A DNA stretch of 64,000 bases from an uncultured Actinomycetota bacterium (GCA_963718235.1 CAVQYR010000001.1:960001-1024000), one strand, 5' to 3'. Shown: positions 21,111-32,437, numbered from the stretch's first letter. A program made the numbers and translations. The notes: a model not told the origin generated them from the sequence alone.

Positions 21111-21745
21111 TGACGGCGAAGCTGCGTGGTCTGCCCCCCGGGCGAGCTGGGCGCATGTGGCTACGCAGACGCCTCGTCGTGGCGGTGCGTGGCGGCGACC
21201 TGCTCGAGCAGAAGCTGCGCATCCTCGTGTCCGAGGAGCAGAGCTTCGCCCTGCAGGCCGAGCAGACGCAGACCGAGTGGGTGGCGGCGGTGCGCGACCT
21301 CGAGCGCTGGGTGCTGAGGGCCACGCTGCTCAGCGGCGCACGGGGGTTACGCCTCGCGGACGACCGTGGGGCGGCGGAGGTCGAGATCGGGTGGCGGCTG
21401 ACGATGGGGGTGCGGTACCCGGCCGAGGCGTCGTTCCAGCTGCCACAGCGCGACGGCGGACGCCCCACTCCGGACAACAGCGCACTGCTCGAGGCAGTCG
21501 GGGCTGCCGAGCGAGCCGTACGAGCCGGGGTCGCCCACGCTGTCGCCTCGGCGGCGCTGGCTGCGGTGCAGGAGGAGATCAGCTCCACCCGCAGGCAGCT
21601 GCGGGCGGTCCGCGAGCGCTGGATCCCACGCCTTGAGTCGGCGCGCACCGCCTTGACGGTCGCACTGGACGACCAGGAGCACGACGAGGGGGTGCGGCTG
21701 CGCTGGGCAGCCGACCGCGCGCGAGGAAGGAAGGTCCGACGATGA
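21107..21745 (+). CDS. ntpD: V/A-type ATPase subunit D
   Basis: RGGDLLEQKLRIL, MGVRYP, EEISSTRRQLRAVRERWIP. Confidence 0.85.
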   Translation: MMTAKLRGLPPGRAGRMWLRRRLVVAVRGGDLLEQKLRILVSEEQSFALQAEQTQTEWVAAVRDLERWVLRATLLSGARGLRLADDRGAAEVEIGWRLTMGVRYPAEASFQLPQRDGGRPTPDNSALLEAVGAAERAVRAGVAHAVASAALAAVQEEISSTRRQLRAVRERWIPRLESARTALTVALDDQEHDEGVRLRWAADRARGRKVRR

Positions 21746-22173
21746 AGCGGATCCTGCTCGCCGTCGAGGACTCACCGGCCGGGTTGGCCGCGGCCCGCGC
21801 CGCGGTGTACGTCACGGCGTCGTGGTCGGCGGAGCTGCGCGCCGTGCACGTCCTGGTCGACGGTGTCCTGGAAGGTGCGCTCGAGCAGCGTCCCGGTGCC
21901 GTCGAGGTGCGCGGACGCCGAGACGCCGGGGCGGTCGCCGTCCTCCGCCACGTAGCCGGGCTCGCCGAGCGGGCCGGCGTGACCGCCGAGACGCTGGCGC
22001 TCAGTGGCAGTCCGGCGTCATGCATCCTCGAGCAGGCCCGGACCTGGCCCGCCGACCTCGTCGTGATCGGACGGGTCGGGGGAGGACGCCTGGGGCAGCC
22101 CTACGTCGGCTCTGAGGTGCGACACGTGCTCGAGTTCGCCACGGTGCCCGTCCTGGTCGTACCCCCACCGTGA
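21742..22173 (+). CDS. universal stress protein
   Basis: MKRILLAVEDS, ADLVVIG...GSEVRHVLEFATVPVLVVP; ATGA overlap with ntpD. Confidence 0.9.
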   Translation: MKRILLAVEDSPAGLAAARAAVYVTASWSAELRAVHVLVDGVLEGALEQRPGAVEVRGRRDAGAVAVLRHVAGLAERAGVTAETLALSGSPASCILEQARTWPADLVVIGRVGGGRLGQPYVGSEVRHVLEFATVPVLVVPPP

Positions 22174-22192
22174 CCTGGTGGCGTCGGACGGG

Positions 22193-23290
22193 TCAGGGCA
22201 CGAGCAGCTGTCGAAGCGCCCGTCCCTGGGCGAGGTCGACGAGTGCCTCAGCGGCTTCGGCCAGAGGACGCCGTGCGCTCACCATCGCCTCGAGGTCCAG
22301 ACGTCCGTCGACCGCCCAGTCGACCAGGCGGGGGATGTCCACGGAGGGGCGGATGCTGCCGTAGTTCGTGCCGATGATCCGTTGGTCGGCCTCGGCCAAG
22401 GCCAGTGGTTCGAACGACGCCCGCTCTCCCTGCGCCGGCAGCCCGACCACGACTGCCGCACCCCCGGGTCCGAGCATCGAGATTGCCTGTTCGGTCGTCG
22501 TCGTGTGCCCGATCGCGTCGAAGGCGTAGTCGGCGCCGTCCGCAAGCAGCTCGCGAACCGCGGTGACCGGGTCACCCAGCGAGGCGTCCACCACGTCGGT
22601 GGCGCCCAGCTGCTGCGCGGTGACGAGCTTGGACGCGACCATGTCCACGGCCACGATGCGCGAGGCCGCGGCCAGCCGCGCCCCCTGAACGACCGACAGG
22701 CCCACGCCGCCCGTGCCGATCACGACCACGGTCCGGTTGGGCTCCACCTTCGCCGCATGGGTGACGGCGCCCACGCCTGTGGCGACGGCGCAGCCGACCA
22801 GTGCGGCAAGGTCCAGCGGGGCGTCCTCGCGGATCTTGATCGCCCCCGAGGCGGGGACGACGGCCCGCTCGGCGAACGACGAGACGCCCAGGTAGTGGTA
22901 GGTGGGATGCCCCGACGTCGACAGCCTGCTCGTGCCGTCGAAGAGCACTCCGCCTCCGGCCACCACACGGGCGTTGGTCAGGCACTGGGTCTCGCGCCCG
23001 AGCAGGCACATGGTGCAGTGCCCGCACGGCGCGTACCAGGACAGCACGACGTGGTCACCGGCGGCCAGGTGCTCGACGCCGGCTCCCACCTGCGCCACCA
23101 CACCGGAGCCCTCGTGACCCATCACGAGCGGAAGGGGGAGCTCCCAGTCGCCCTTGAGCACGTGCAGGTCGCTGTGGCAGACGCCGGCAGCGGCGATCTC
23201 GACCAGGACCTCTCCGGGACCGGGCGGTGCGAGGTCGACCTCGACGATCTCCGGAGCCCGCCCCACCTCGGTGAGCACGACTGCACGCAT
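22193..23290 (-). CDS. zinc-dependent alcohol dehydrogenase
   Basis: GVCHSDLH, GHEGSG, CGHCTMC......C, GCAVATG, GTGGVG. Confidence 0.92.
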   Translation of the reverse strand: MRAVVLTEVGRAPEIVEVDLAPPGPGEVLVEIAAAGVCHSDLHVLKGDWELPLPLVMGHEGSGVVAQVGAGVEHLAAGDHVVLSWYAPCGHCTMCLLGRETQCLTNARVVAGGGVLFDGTSRLSTSGHPTYHYLGVSSFAERAVVPASGAIKIREDAPLDLAALVGCAVATGVGAVTHAAKVEPNRTVVVIGTGGVGLSVVQGARLAAASRIVAVDMVASKLVTAQQLGATDVVDASLGDPVTAVRELLADGADYAFDAIGHTTTTEQAISMLGPGGAAVVVGLPAQGERASFEPLALAEADQRIIGTNYGSIRPSVDIPRLVDWAVDGRLDLEAMVSARRPLAEAAEALVDLAQGRALRQLLVP

Positions 23291-23353
23291 CTGCGAACCT
23301 CCTCGGCCGTGACGGGACAGTGGGTGCAGTCTGCTGCCCGGCCGCCTCGACGG

Positions 23354-24043
23354 CTACTCGCCCTCGACGAACCGGTAGCCCATACCAGGCTCGGTCTGCA
23401 GCAGCACCGGCCGTGAGGGGTCGATCTCGAGCTTGCGCCGTAGCTGCCCGACGTAGACCCGCAAGTAGTGCGTCTCGTGCTCGTACCCGGGCCCCCAGAC
23501 CTCCCGCAACAGCTGGCGTTGGCTGACCAGCCGACCACTGTGCCGCACGAGGATCTCCAGGAGGGACCACTCGGTGGGCGTGAGCCGAATGGTCTTTCCC
23601 TCACGTCTCACCGTCTTGGCGGCCAGGTCGATCGTGAGGGTCGGTGTCGTCACGACGACCGGCTCATCGGTGTCGGAGCGCGCCCGCCGCAGCGACGCCC
23701 TCAGCCGCGCGAGCAGCTCATCCATCGCGAACGGCTTCGTCACGTAGTCGTCAGCCCCGGCGTCCAGCGCGCCGACCTTGTCGTGTGACGACTGGCGTGC
23801 CGACAGGACGACGATCGGCACGGTGGTCCAGCCGCGTAGCCCGGCGATGACCTCGGTGCCGTCCATGTCCGGGAGACCGAGGTCCAGGACGACGACGTCA
23901 GGGTGCCGGTCCGCGGCGATGCGCAGGGCCTGACCGCCGCTGCTGGCCAGGTCGACCTCGTAGCCACGAGCGCGCAGGTTGATCCCGAGCGCCCGGGCGA
24001 GGGTCGGGTCGTCCTCGACGCACAGGATCCGGCTACCGCTCAT
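23354..24043 (-). CDS. kdpE: response regulator KdpE
   Basis: LDLGLPDMDG, ALDAGADDYVTKPF, LTPTEW, HYLRVYVGQLRRKLE.DPSRP. Confidence 0.93.
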   Translation of the reverse strand: MSGSRILCVEDDPTLARALGINLRARGYEVDLASSGGQALRIAADRHPDVVVLDLGLPDMDGTEVIAGLRGWTTVPIVVLSARQSSHDKVGALDAGADDYVTKPFAMDELLARLRASLRRARSDTDEPVVVTTPTLTIDLAAKTVRREGKTIRLTPTEWSLLEILVRHSGRLVSQRQLLREVWGPGYEHETHYLRVYVGQLRRKLEIDPSRPVLLQTEPGMGYRFVEGE

Positions 24044-26579
24044 GGGCCGCCTCCCCCTCGGGAGGGTGCGCCTCACCGGTCGGCACCCGGACGGCTGCGG
24101 GGACGCTCAGCACCATGGTGAGCCCTCCGCCGGGGGTGTCCTCGGCGCGCAGGTCTCCTCCGAGCGCCTCGGCGAACCCTCGGGCGACAGCGAGCCCGAG
24201 CCCAACGCCCTCACCTGCCGGTGCGTCCCCCAGCCGTTGGAAGGCCTGGAACATCCGGTTCTTGTCCTGGTCGACAACCCCTGGTCCGGCGTCACTGACC
24301 TGCAGCTGGACCGTCTCGTCGACCGCGCAGGCGGAGACCCGCACGGGCACCCCGGAGGGGCTGTGGCGCACGGCGTTCTCGAGGACGTTGGCGACGACTC
24401 GCTCCAGAAGTCCGCCGTCGGCGATCACGTCGGGGGTGTCATCGGCGATGTCGATGCGGATCGACTCCGGTGGGAGCGGATCCGCGGCGCGAGCGACGAT
24501 GTCGGTGAGTGCGACCTCGTCGCGCCGCGGCCGCACGGCTCCCGTCTGCAGCCGGCTCAGGTCCAGCAGGTTGGTCAGCAGGGCATCGAGTCGGTCGGTG
24601 CTCTCCTCGACGGCGGCGAGCAGCTCCTCGCGCTCGTCCGGTGTCCAGGAGACATCGGACTGGCGCAGACTGGAGACGCCGGCCTTGATCCCAGCCAGGG
24701 GGGTGCGCACGTCGTGCGAGACCGCAGCGAGGATCGCGGTGCGCAGTGCGTCGACCTCTGCGAGGCGTCCAGCCTCTTGGGCCTTCTCGCGCAGTCGGTC
24801 CCGGTCGAGCAGTGCCACGGTGTGCGCAGCGAAGGCGTCGAGGACACGGCGGTCCCCCGCGTCCAACGTGCGACCGCGCATCAGCAGAGTGCGTCGGTCG
24901 TCGATGGGCACCGTGGTGTCGGCGTCCTCCGGGGTGAGCAGGGGTGACTGGGTGCCGACGTGGTCCACCACGACCCAAGGAGAGCGCTGGTCCGCCCGCT
25001 CCACCAGCGAGACGCCGTCCTGGCCGAAGGACTCCTGCAGCCGGGCCAGGAGTGCCCCGGTTCCCGTCTCCGAGCGCACGACGTCACCGGCCAGGGTGGA
25101 CAGGGCCTGGGCCTCGCCGCTGGCCCGGGCAGCGTCGGCTGAGCGCCGCGCGGCGAAGTCGACGACGAGGGCCACCGCGACCGCGATGACGACGAAGACG
25201 AACAGGGCGAGGACGTTCTCGAGCTCCGCGATGGTCAGGGTTCCGGTGGGCGGGGTGAAGAAGAAGTTCAGCAGCAGGCTGGCGAGCACAGCCCCGACGA
25301 CCGCCGGCCAGAGGCCGCCCACCAGGGCCACTGCGACGCTGAGAGCAAGGAAGAGCAAGAGGTCCGTGGTGAGCCCCAGCTGCTCGGTGAGCTGCAGGAG
25401 CAGCCAGGTCAGCACCCACGGTCCGAGGACCGCTAGAGCCCAACCGGCCCCCCGTCGCCGGTCCGACAGGGAGCGTCGGGTGCGGGCCCGCCCACGTCCC
25501 CCGGCCCGCTCGTGGGTCACGACGTGCACGTCGATGTCACCGGACTCGCGCACGATCGTGTCGCCGGTCCACGGCTGAAGGAGCGATGCCAGCCGACCTC
25601 TTCGACTGGCGCCGATCACGAGCTGGCTGGCGTTGACGCCGTGGGCGAACTCCAGCAGTGAGGCGGCGGTGTCGTCCCCAACCACCGCGTGGAAGGTGCC
25701 ACCCAGGCTCTCGACCAGGGCACGCTGCCGGGCCAGGGCGTCGGGGTTGGAGGGTGAGATGCCGTCGCCACGGGCCACGTGCACGGCGAGGAGGTCTCGG
25801 CCCGCCGCACGGCCGGTGATCCGCGCAGCGCGGCGGATCAGTGCCTCGCCCTCAGGTCCACCGGTGAGCGCCACGACGATGCGTTCACGGGCGGGCCACG
25901 GAGCCTCGATCCCCTGCTCCTGCCGGTACCGAGCCAGACCCTCGTCGACCCGGTCGGCGACCCAGAGCAGGGCGAGCTCGCGCAGGGCTGACAGGTTGCC
26001 CAGCCGGAAGTAGTTGGAGAGTGCTGCGTCGATCTTCTCCGGCGGATAGACGTTGCCGTGGGACATGCGCCTGCGCAGCGCTTCTGGTGACATGTCCGCG
26101 AGCTCGATCTGGTCGGCCTTGCGCACGACCTCGTCGGGCACGGTCTCCCGCTGTCCGACGCCGGTGATCGACTCGACGACATCATTGAGGGACTCGAGGT
26201 GCTGGACGTTCACTGTCGTGATGACGTCGATGCCTGCCTCGAGCAGGGTCTCGACGTCCTGCCACCGCTTCTCGTGCCGCCCGCCCGGGATGTTCGTGTG
26301 GGCCAGCTCGTCGACGAGGGCGACCTCTGGGCGACGGGCGAGGACGGCGTCGAGGTCCATCTCGGTGAACGACGCGCCGCGGTACTCCACGACCTTGCGG
26401 GGGACGGTCTCCATGCCTTCGGTCATGGCGGCCGTCAGGGGTCGGCCGTGGTCCTCGACGAAGCCGATGACCAGGTCGGTGCCACGGTCCAGACGGCGGC
26501 GGCCCTCGCCGAGCATGGCGTAGGTCTTGCCGACGCCCGGGGCCGCGCCCAGGTACACCCGCAGTCGACCTCGCGCCAT
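24033..26579 (-). CDS. kdpD: sensor histidine kinase KdpD
   Basis: GRLRVYLGAAPGVGKT, LVDELAHTN, KRWQDV, QHLESLND, USP and TM domains, SHDVRTPL, GLGL. Confidence 0.96.
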   Translation of the reverse strand: MARGRLRVYLGAAPGVGKTYAMLGEGRRRLDRGTDLVIGFVEDHGRPLTAAMTEGMETVPRKVVEYRGASFTEMDLDAVLARRPEVALVDELAHTNIPGGRHEKRWQDVETLLEAGIDVITTVNVQHLESLNDVVESITGVGQRETVPDEVVRKADQIELADMSPEALRRRMSHGNVYPPEKIDAALSNYFRLGNLSALRELALLWVADRVDEGLARYRQEQGIEAPWPARERIVVALTGGPEGEALIRRAARITGRAAGRDLLAVHVARGDGISPSNPDALARQRALVESLGGTFHAVVGDDTAASLLEFAHGVNASQLVIGASRRGRLASLLQPWTGDTIVRESGDIDVHVVTHERAGGRGRARTRRSLSDRRRGAGWALAVLGPWVLTWLLLQLTEQLGLTTDLLLFLALSVAVALVGGLWPAVVGAVLASLLLNFFFTPPTGTLTIAELENVLALFVFVVIAVAVALVVDFAARRSADAARASGEAQALSTLAGDVVRSETGTGALLARLQESFGQDGVSLVERADQRSPWVVVDHVGTQSPLLTPEDADTTVPIDDRRTLLMRGRTLDAGDRRVLDAFAAHTVALLDRDRLREKAQEAGRLAEVDALRTAILAAVSHDVRTPLAGIKAGVSSLRQSDVSWTPDEREELLAAVEESTDRLDALLTNLLDLSRLQTGAVRPRRDEVALTDIVARAADPLPPESIRIDIADDTPDVIADGGLLERVVANVLENAVRHSPSGVPVRVSACAVDETVQLQVSDAGPGVVDQDKNRMFQAFQRLGDAPAGEGVGLGLAVARGFAEALGGDLRAEDTPGGGLTMVLSVPAAVRVPTGEAHPPEGEAAHER

Positions 26580-26629
26580 GACGTCATCCTCTCAGGAAGG
26601 GGACGAGCATCCCGGGGAGCGACCGCAGC

Positions 26630-27211
26630 TCACTGGCTGAGCTCCTGCAGAGCCAGGTTCAGCTCGAGCACGTTGACGGTCGGCGCTCCGAGGAAGCCGA
26701 GAACGCGACCATCGGTGTGCTCGTCGACGAGCTGCTGGACGGCTGCGGCGTCCAGCCCGCGCGCGTCGGCGACCCTCGCCACCTGCTGCTGGGCGTAGGC
26801 CGGGGAGATGTGCGGGTCCAGGCCGCTGCCGCTGGCGGTCAGTGCGTCGGGCGGCACATCGGACGGCGCAACGCCGTCCAGCTCGGCGGCGTCCACCTTG
26901 CGCTGCTCGACCAGGTCGAGCAGCTCAGCACTGCTCGGGCCGAGGTTGGACGCGCCGGAGGACATGGCGTCGTACCCGTCGCCGGCGGCGGACGGACGAG
27001 GCAGGAACCACTCCGGCCCGGTGAATGCCTGGCCGATCAGGCGTGAGCCGACCTGCTGGTCATCGACGGTGAGGATCGAGCCGTTGGCCCGGTCGTGGAA
27101 CGCCAGCTGACCGACGCCGAACACGACGAGGGGGTAGGCGATGCCAAGCACGACGGTCAGCACAAGCATGGTGCGTAGGGCAACGAACAGGTAGCGAAGT
27201 CCGACGTTCAT
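26630..27211 (-). CDS. kdpC: K+-transporting ATPase subunit C
   Basis: GSRLIGQAF, RPSAAG, SGASNLGP, TASGSGLDPHISP, VNVLELNLAL. Confidence 0.95.
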   Translation of the reverse strand: MNVGLRYLFVALRTMLVLTVVLGIAYPLVVFGVGQLAFHDRANGSILTVDDQQVGSRLIGQAFTGPEWFLPRPSAAGDGYDAMSSGASNLGPSSAELLDLVEQRKVDAAELDGVAPSDVPPDALTASGSGLDPHISPAYAQQQVARVADARGLDAAAVQQLVDEHTDGRVLGFLGAPTVNVLELNLALQELSQ

Positions 27212-27212
27212 G

Positions 27213-29282
27213 TCAGCCGATCCCTGGGATGAGTGAGACGAGGAGGTCGAGCAGCTTGATGCCGACGAACGGGGCGACGATGCCGCCAAGGCCGTAGATG
27301 AGCAGGTTTCGGCTGAGCATCTTCGACGCCGACTGCGGCTTGTAGCGAACGCCGCGCAGTGCCAGCGGCACCAGTGCGACGATCACCAACGCGTTGAAGA
27401 TGACGGCGGAGAGGATCGCCGACTCCGGCGTCGACAGCCGCATGATGTTGAGCTGGTCCAGCCCGGGGTAGGCCACGACGAACATGGCCGGGATGATCGC
27501 GAAGTACTTCGCGACGTCGTTGGCGATCGAGAACGTGGTGAGGGAACCCCTGGTGATGAGCAGCTGCTTGCCGATCTCCACGATCTCGATGAGCTTCGTC
27601 GGGTTGGAGTCGAGGTCCACCATGTTGCCGGCCTCTTTGGCGGCTGAGGTACCGGTGTTCATGGCGACACCGACATCGGCCTGGGCCAGCGCCGGTGCGT
27701 CGTTCGTTCCGTCACCGGTCATCGCCACCAGGCGACCTCCCGCCTGCTCCTGCTTGATCAGCGCCATCTTGTCCTCGGGAGTGGCCTCGGCGAGAAAGTC
27801 ATCGACCCCTGCCTCCTCGGCGATCGCGCGGGCCGTCAGCGGGTTGTCCCCGGTGATCATCACCGTGCGGATCCCCATGCGACGCAGCTCGTCGAACCGC
27901 TCGCGCATGCCCTCCTTCACGACGTCCTTGAGGTGGATGACCCCGAGCACGTGGGCCTGTGAGCCGACCGACTCGGCCACCACCAGCGGCGTGCCACCGG
28001 AGACGGAGACGGCGTCGACGGCCTCACCGACCTCGGCCGGCACCCGACCTTCGACATCGCGAACCCAGCTCAGCACGGCAGCCGCTGCACCCTTGCGGAT
28101 CTGTCGGACCTGGCCGTCCTCGGCCAGGTCGACCCCGCTCATCCGGGTCTGCGCGGTGAACGGCACGAAGGTGGCATGGCCGAGCTCCCCCTCCTCGCGC
28201 CCACGCAGCCCGTACCGCTGCTTGGCCAGCACCACCACGGACCGGCCCTCTGGGGTCTCGTCTGCGAGACTCGACAGCTGTGCGGCGTCCGCCAGTGCCG
28301 TCTCATCGACCCCTGGCATGGCGATCAGCTCGAAGGCCTGTCGGTTCCCCAGGGTGATGGTTCCCGTCTTGTCGAGCAGCAGCGTGTCGACGTCGCCCGC
28401 GGCCTCGACCGCGCGGCCCGACATCGCGAGCACGTTGCGCTGAACGAGCCGGTCCATACCGGCGATGCCAATGGCTGACAGCAGCGCACCGATCGTGGTG
28501 GGGATCAGACAGACCAGCAACGCGACGAGCACGATGATGGTCTGCGGCGCACCTGAGTAGATCGCCAACGGCTGGAGTGAGACCACGGCGAGCAGGAAGA
28601 CGATGGTCAGGCTGGCGAGCAGGATGTTGAGTGCGATCTCGTTCGGGGTCTTCTGCCTGGAGGCACCCTCCACCAGGGCGATCATCCGGTCGATGAAGGT
28701 CTCGCCAGGCTTGCTCGTGATCAGGACGACGATCCGGTCGGACAGCACCTTCGTGCCGCCGGTCACTGCGCTGCGGTCGCCACCGGACTCGCGGATGACC
28801 GGCGCTGACTCTCCGGTGATGGCCGACTCGTCAACGGTTGCGACACCCTCGACGACGTCGCCGTCACCAGGGATGACTTCCCCTGCGACGATGACCACTC
28901 GGTCGCCCGGAAGCAGCTCGGTGGCCGATACCGACTCTTCGCTGCCGTCGACCGTGAGCCGTCGGGCGATCGTGTCGGTCCGCGCTTGGCGCAGGGTGGC
29001 TGCCTGGGCGCGCCCGCGACCTTCGGCGACCGCCTCGGCCAGGTTGGCGAAGAGCACGGTGAGCCAGAGCCAGCCGGTGATCAGCGAGGCGAAGGTGCTG
29101 GGCTCGACGATGGCCATGACGGTCGTGAACACAGCGCCGACGAGCACGACGAACATGACCGGGTTGCGGACCATGTCGCGCGGGCTGAGCTTGCGGGCGG
29201 CATCGGGCAGTGACCGCAACAGCTGCTGCGGGTCGAACAGACCCGCGGCCACTCCCCGCTGGGAGACGGTGACAGACGACAT
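27213..29282 (-). CDS. kdpB: K+-transporting ATPase subunit B
   Basis: [44 protein letters not shown]. Confidence 0.97.
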   Translation of the reverse strand: MSSVTVSQRGVAAGLFDPQQLLRSLPDAARKLSPRDMVRNPVMFVVLVGAVFTTVMAIVEPSTFASLITGWLWLTVLFANLAEAVAEGRGRAQAATLRQARTDTIARRLTVDGSEESVSATELLPGDRVVIVAGEVIPGDGDVVEGVATVDESAITGESAPVIRESGGDRSAVTGGTKVLSDRIVVLITSKPGETFIDRMIALVEGASRQKTPNEIALNILLASLTIVFLLAVVSLQPLAIYSGAPQTIIVLVALLVCLIPTTIGALLSAIGIAGMDRLVQRNVLAMSGRAVEAAGDVDTLLLDKTGTITLGNRQAFELIAMPGVDETALADAAQLSSLADETPEGRSVVVLAKQRYGLRGREEGELGHATFVPFTAQTRMSGVDLAEDGQVRQIRKGAAAAVLSWVRDVEGRVPAEVGEAVDAVSVSGGTPLVVAESVGSQAHVLGVIHLKDVVKEGMRERFDELRRMGIRTVMITGDNPLTARAIAEEAGVDDFLAEATPEDKMALIKQEQAGGRLVAMTGDGTNDAPALAQADVGVAMNTGTSAAKEAGNMVDLDSNPTKLIEIVEIGKQLLITRGSLTTFSIANDVAKYFAIIPAMFVVAYPGLDQLNIMRLSTPESAILSAVIFNALVIVALVPLALRGVRYKPQSASKMLSRNLLIYGLGGIVAPFVGIKLLDLLVSLIPGIG

Positions 29283-30943
29283 CAGAAGAGCCCTTCTGCG
29301 AGTGGTCCCAGTGCGAGCGCGGGGAAGTAGGTGAGGCCGGTGACGATGAGCGCCACGCCGGCGACGAGCCCGACGAACAGGGGTCGGTACGCCGGCAGGG
29401 TGCCTTCGGTCTCGGGCACGTGGCGCTGCTGCGCCAGCGATCCCGCCAGAGCCATCACCAGGACCATGGGAATGAATCGACCCAGGATCACCGCAATGCC
29501 GAGGCCGGTGTTGTAGAACGGTGTGTTGGCGTTCAGGCCCGCGAACGCGCTGCCGTTGTTGTTGCCGGCCGACGTGAAGGCGTAGAGCACCTCGGTCAGC
29601 CCGTGCGGACCGGCGTTGAGGATCGACTCCCGAGAACCGGGTAGGGCCATGGCGATCCCCGTACCGATGAGCACGACTGCCGGCACGCTGAGGATGTAGA
29701 GGGAGACGAGCTTCATCTCGCGGGGACCGATCTTCTTGCCCAGGTACTCCGGTGTCCGCCCGACCATGAGGCCGGCGATGAAGACCGTGAGGATCGCCAT
29801 GATCAGCATCCCGTACAGTCCGCTCCCCACTCCACCGGGACTGATCTCACCCAGTAGCATGTCGAACAGGACCAGGCCGCCACCGAAGGGTGTGTACGAC
29901 GAGAAGAACGAGTTGACCGCGCCGGTCGACGTAGACGTCGTGGCGACCCCGAACAGAGCCGACGACGGCACACCGAACCGAGTCTCCTTGCCTTCCATGG
30001 CCGCACCGGCGGCCTGCAACGCAACTCCGCCGTGCTGCATCTCCGACCACACGGTCAGCCCCAACATTGCGACGAACAGCACGACCATTACCGCGAGAAT
30101 CGCGTAGCCGTGACGACGGCTCCCGACCATGCGCCCGAAGGTCCGGGTCAGCGAGATCGGGATCAGCAGGATCAGAAAGATCTCGAACAGGTTGGCCCAC
30201 GCGGTCGGGTTCTCGAAGGGGTGGGCGGAGTTGGCGTTGTAGAACCCACCACCGTTGGTCCCGAGCTCCTTGATGACCTCCTGCGAGGCAACCGGGCCAC
30301 CGGGTATCGTCTGCGCTCCACCTACGAGGGTCGTGATGTCCGTCGGGTCGGTGAAGTTCTGCACGACACCGGCGGCGAGAAGCACCAGAGCACCGATGAA
30401 GGCGAGCGGAAGCAGAATCCGCACGCAGGTACGCACCAGGTCGGTCCAGAAGTTCCCGATCCGGTCGGTCTTGGTGCGGGTGAAGGCGCGCACGAGGGTG
30501 ATGGCGACTGCCATGCCGACCGCAGCGCTGACGAAGTTCTGGACAGCGAGCCCAGCCATCTGGACCAGATAGCCCATCGTGACCTCGCCGGAGTACGACT
30601 GCCAGTTGGTGTTGGTCACGAACGAGGCAGCGGTGTTGAAGGCCTGGTCGGCGGGTACCGCGGGGAACCCCAGCGACATCGGCAGCCACTGCTGGACGCG
30701 CTGGAAGGCGAAGAGCAGCAGCACCGACACGACGGAGAAGGCGAGCACGCTGCGCAGGTACACCGTCCACCGCTGGTCGGCGTCCGGGTCGACACCCATG
30801 ATCCGGTAGAGGCCCCGCTCCACAGCAAGATGCCGCTTGGACTCGTAGACCCGGGCCATGTAGTCGCCGAAGGGGCGGTAGGCGAGAGCCAGAGCGAGGA
30901 TCAGGACAGCGAGGGTGATCAGGAAAGCAACGAGGTCACTCAT
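29282..30943 (-). CDS. kdpA: K+-transporting ATPase subunit A
   Basis: [54 protein letters not shown]. Confidence 0.97.
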   Translation of the reverse strand: MSDLVAFLITLAVLILALALAYRPFGDYMARVYESKRHLAVERGLYRIMGVDPDADQRWTVYLRSVLAFSVVSVLLLFAFQRVQQWLPMSLGFPAVPADQAFNTAASFVTNTNWQSYSGEVTMGYLVQMAGLAVQNFVSAAVGMAVAITLVRAFTRTKTDRIGNFWTDLVRTCVRILLPLAFIGALVLLAAGVVQNFTDPTDITTLVGGAQTIPGGPVASQEVIKELGTNGGGFYNANSAHPFENPTAWANLFEIFLILLIPISLTRTFGRMVGSRRHGYAILAVMVVLFVAMLGLTVWSEMQHGGVALQAAGAAMEGKETRFGVPSSALFGVATTSTSTGAVNSFFSSYTPFGGGLVLFDMLLGEISPGGVGSGLYGMLIMAILTVFIAGLMVGRTPEYLGKKIGPREMKLVSLYILSVPAVVLIGTGIAMALPGSRESILNAGPHGLTEVLYAFTSAGNNNGSAFAGLNANTPFYNTGLGIAVILGRFIPMVLVMALAGSLAQQRHVPETEGTLPAYRPLFVGLVAGVALIVTGLTYFPALALGPLAEGLF

Positions 30944-31032
30944 CAGAACCGCTCCGGGAAGACGAGGGCGACCACCAGGTACACGACGAGGGCGACCGCT
31001 ATGACGAGGCCAGCGGCCTCACTGATGCTCAT
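30943..31032 (-). CDS. kdpF: K+-transporting ATPase subunit F
   Basis: [29 protein letters not shown] with the canonical YL..AL..PERF end; abuts kdpA. Confidence 0.93.
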   Translation of the reverse strand: MSISEAAGLVIAVALVVYLVVALVFPERF

Positions 31033-31112
31033 AGCCGCTCGACCCCCTTGGCGACCAGCAGGAGGAGCCCGAAGAGGGCGAGGACGAGCACGACGAGCAG
31101 AGCATCGGCCAT
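31029..31112 (-). CDS. 27-aa single-TM peptide upstream of kdpF
   Basis: hand translation [27 protein letters not shown]; RBS GGAG; ATGA overlap with kdpF; GC3-rich codons. Confidence 0.75.
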   Translation of the reverse strand: MADALLVVLVLALFGLLLLVAKGVERL

Positions 31113-31190
31113 GGCGGAGCACTCCCAGCGTTGACGGCTCCTCCGGTCTACCGCCAGCGGGCGGTGCCGCGCCGACTTCCTTTCGCCGTC

Positions 31191-31228
31191 CTGACGTGGT
31201 GCCGCTGCTTCTTGACGCCCCTTTGACG
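31191..31228. promoter_or_regulatory. candidate KdpE direct-repeat site
   Basis: TTGACG at 31212 and 31223 (11-bp period) plus CTGACG at 31191. Confidence 0.5.
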
Positions 31229-31280
31229 TCGTCTGGCCCAGGGGCCCGACAAGTGATCAAGTGGTGCCTGGTCAGCACAT

Positions 31281-31733
31281 CTAGCTGAGGCAGAACTCGT
31301 TGCCTTCGGGGTCGAGCATGGTGACCGCGTAGTAGTCCATGTCGTCGGTGCCGAGGACCCGCACCTGAGTGGCGCCAAGGCTCACGAGACGGTCGACCTC
31401 GGCGTCTACCAGCAAGCGCCGTGTGTCCTTCGGCGCGCTGCGCCCGTCGGTGACGTCGATGTCGATGTGCAGGCGGTTCTTGCCGACCTTGGGCTCGGGA
31501 ACGGGCTGGAACCAGATGCGAGGCCGGATCCCCTCGGGGTCGACGATCGAGTCGTGCGGGTCCTCGTCGTCGGGCAGCTCCTCTTCGGGTACACCGATGC
31601 TGCGCCAGTACCCGACCCAGGTCGCATGACCTTCCGGCGGGGGCTCGACGACGTAACCGAGCGCCGCGGACCAGAACGGCACGAGCAGTGCCGGGTCGGT
31701 GCAGTCGACCGTGACCTGCCACTTCCGGGCCAT
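31281..31733 (-). CDS. VOC/glyoxalase-like protein
   Basis: QVTVDCTDPALL..FWSAALGY, FQPVPEPKVGKNRLHID, DPEGNEFC. Confidence 0.9.
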   Translation of the reverse strand: MARKWQVTVDCTDPALLVPFWSAALGYVVEPPPEGHATWVGYWRSIGVPEEELPDDEDPHDSIVDPEGIRPRIWFQPVPEPKVGKNRLHIDIDVTDGRSAPKDTRRLLVDAEVDRLVSLGATQVRVLGTDDMDYYAVTMLDPEGNEFCLS

Positions 31734-31744
31734 GGTCCTCCTTG

Positions 31745-32437
31745 TCAGCTCGGTGTCGAACGGGTGCGTCGGGGGAGCAGCAGTGCGGCGCCGACCAGGA
31801 AGCACAGCGCGCCCAGGAACGTCCCGCCGTTGGACCACCTGGCGTTGAGCAGCGCGTCGGAGCTCGGGTCGGTGAACGCGCCGACGGCCGACAGGCCGAA
31901 GAACACCGAGCCGAGCATGTTCAGGGCGGCGATCGTCCAGGAGCGGCCGCGGACATGGTCGTGCCGCCGCCTGCGCACCTCGGGAAGGAGAGCCAGGCCA
32001 CTGGCCACGAGGAACAGCACCGACCCGACCGCGTCCGGCCTCCAGACCAAGGCGGCAGAGGCTTCGCTTGAGCCAGAGGCGACCAGGGCTCCTCTCAGCG
32101 TCGTCACGTTGAAGGCCAGGGTGCCCAGGAACTGGGTGGCAGCCGCGCCCCAGTCGATGTCCCGGGCGCGAAGCGCCTGGCCAAGAACGACCCGACTCCG
32201 GTCCCCGCGCCCGGCCGGCTCGAACCGCTCGCGCGACGTCAGGAGCTGGAGCGCTCCAGCCGTGGTGAAGAAGAGCGACCCGACGAAGAACGTCCAGGCG
32301 GCGACTGCGGGAGCGAGCCCGGAGTCCAGGCTCAGCGGGACACCGATGGCGAACAGGGCGGAACCGACCATGAAGTCCCAGGCGGTCCACGTCACTCGTC
32401 GGGAGGCATCACGCGGCTCGCCGGCTGGATCGGTCAC
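31745..32437 (-). CDS. YrhK-like multi-pass membrane protein
   Basis: repeated GS..F TM motifs (FMVGSALF, FFVGSLFFT, GSVLFL, LGALCFL). Confidence 0.65.
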   Translation of the reverse strand: MTDPAGEPRDASRRVTWTAWDFMVGSALFAIGVPLSLDSGLAPAVAAWTFFVGSLFFTTAGALQLLTSRERFEPAGRGDRSRVVLGQALRARDIDWGAAATQFLGTLAFNVTTLRGALVASGSSEASAALVWRPDAVGSVLFLVASGLALLPEVRRRRHDHVRGRSWTIAALNMLGSVFFGLSAVGAFTDPSSDALLNARWSNGGTFLGALCFLVGAALLLPRRTRSTPS

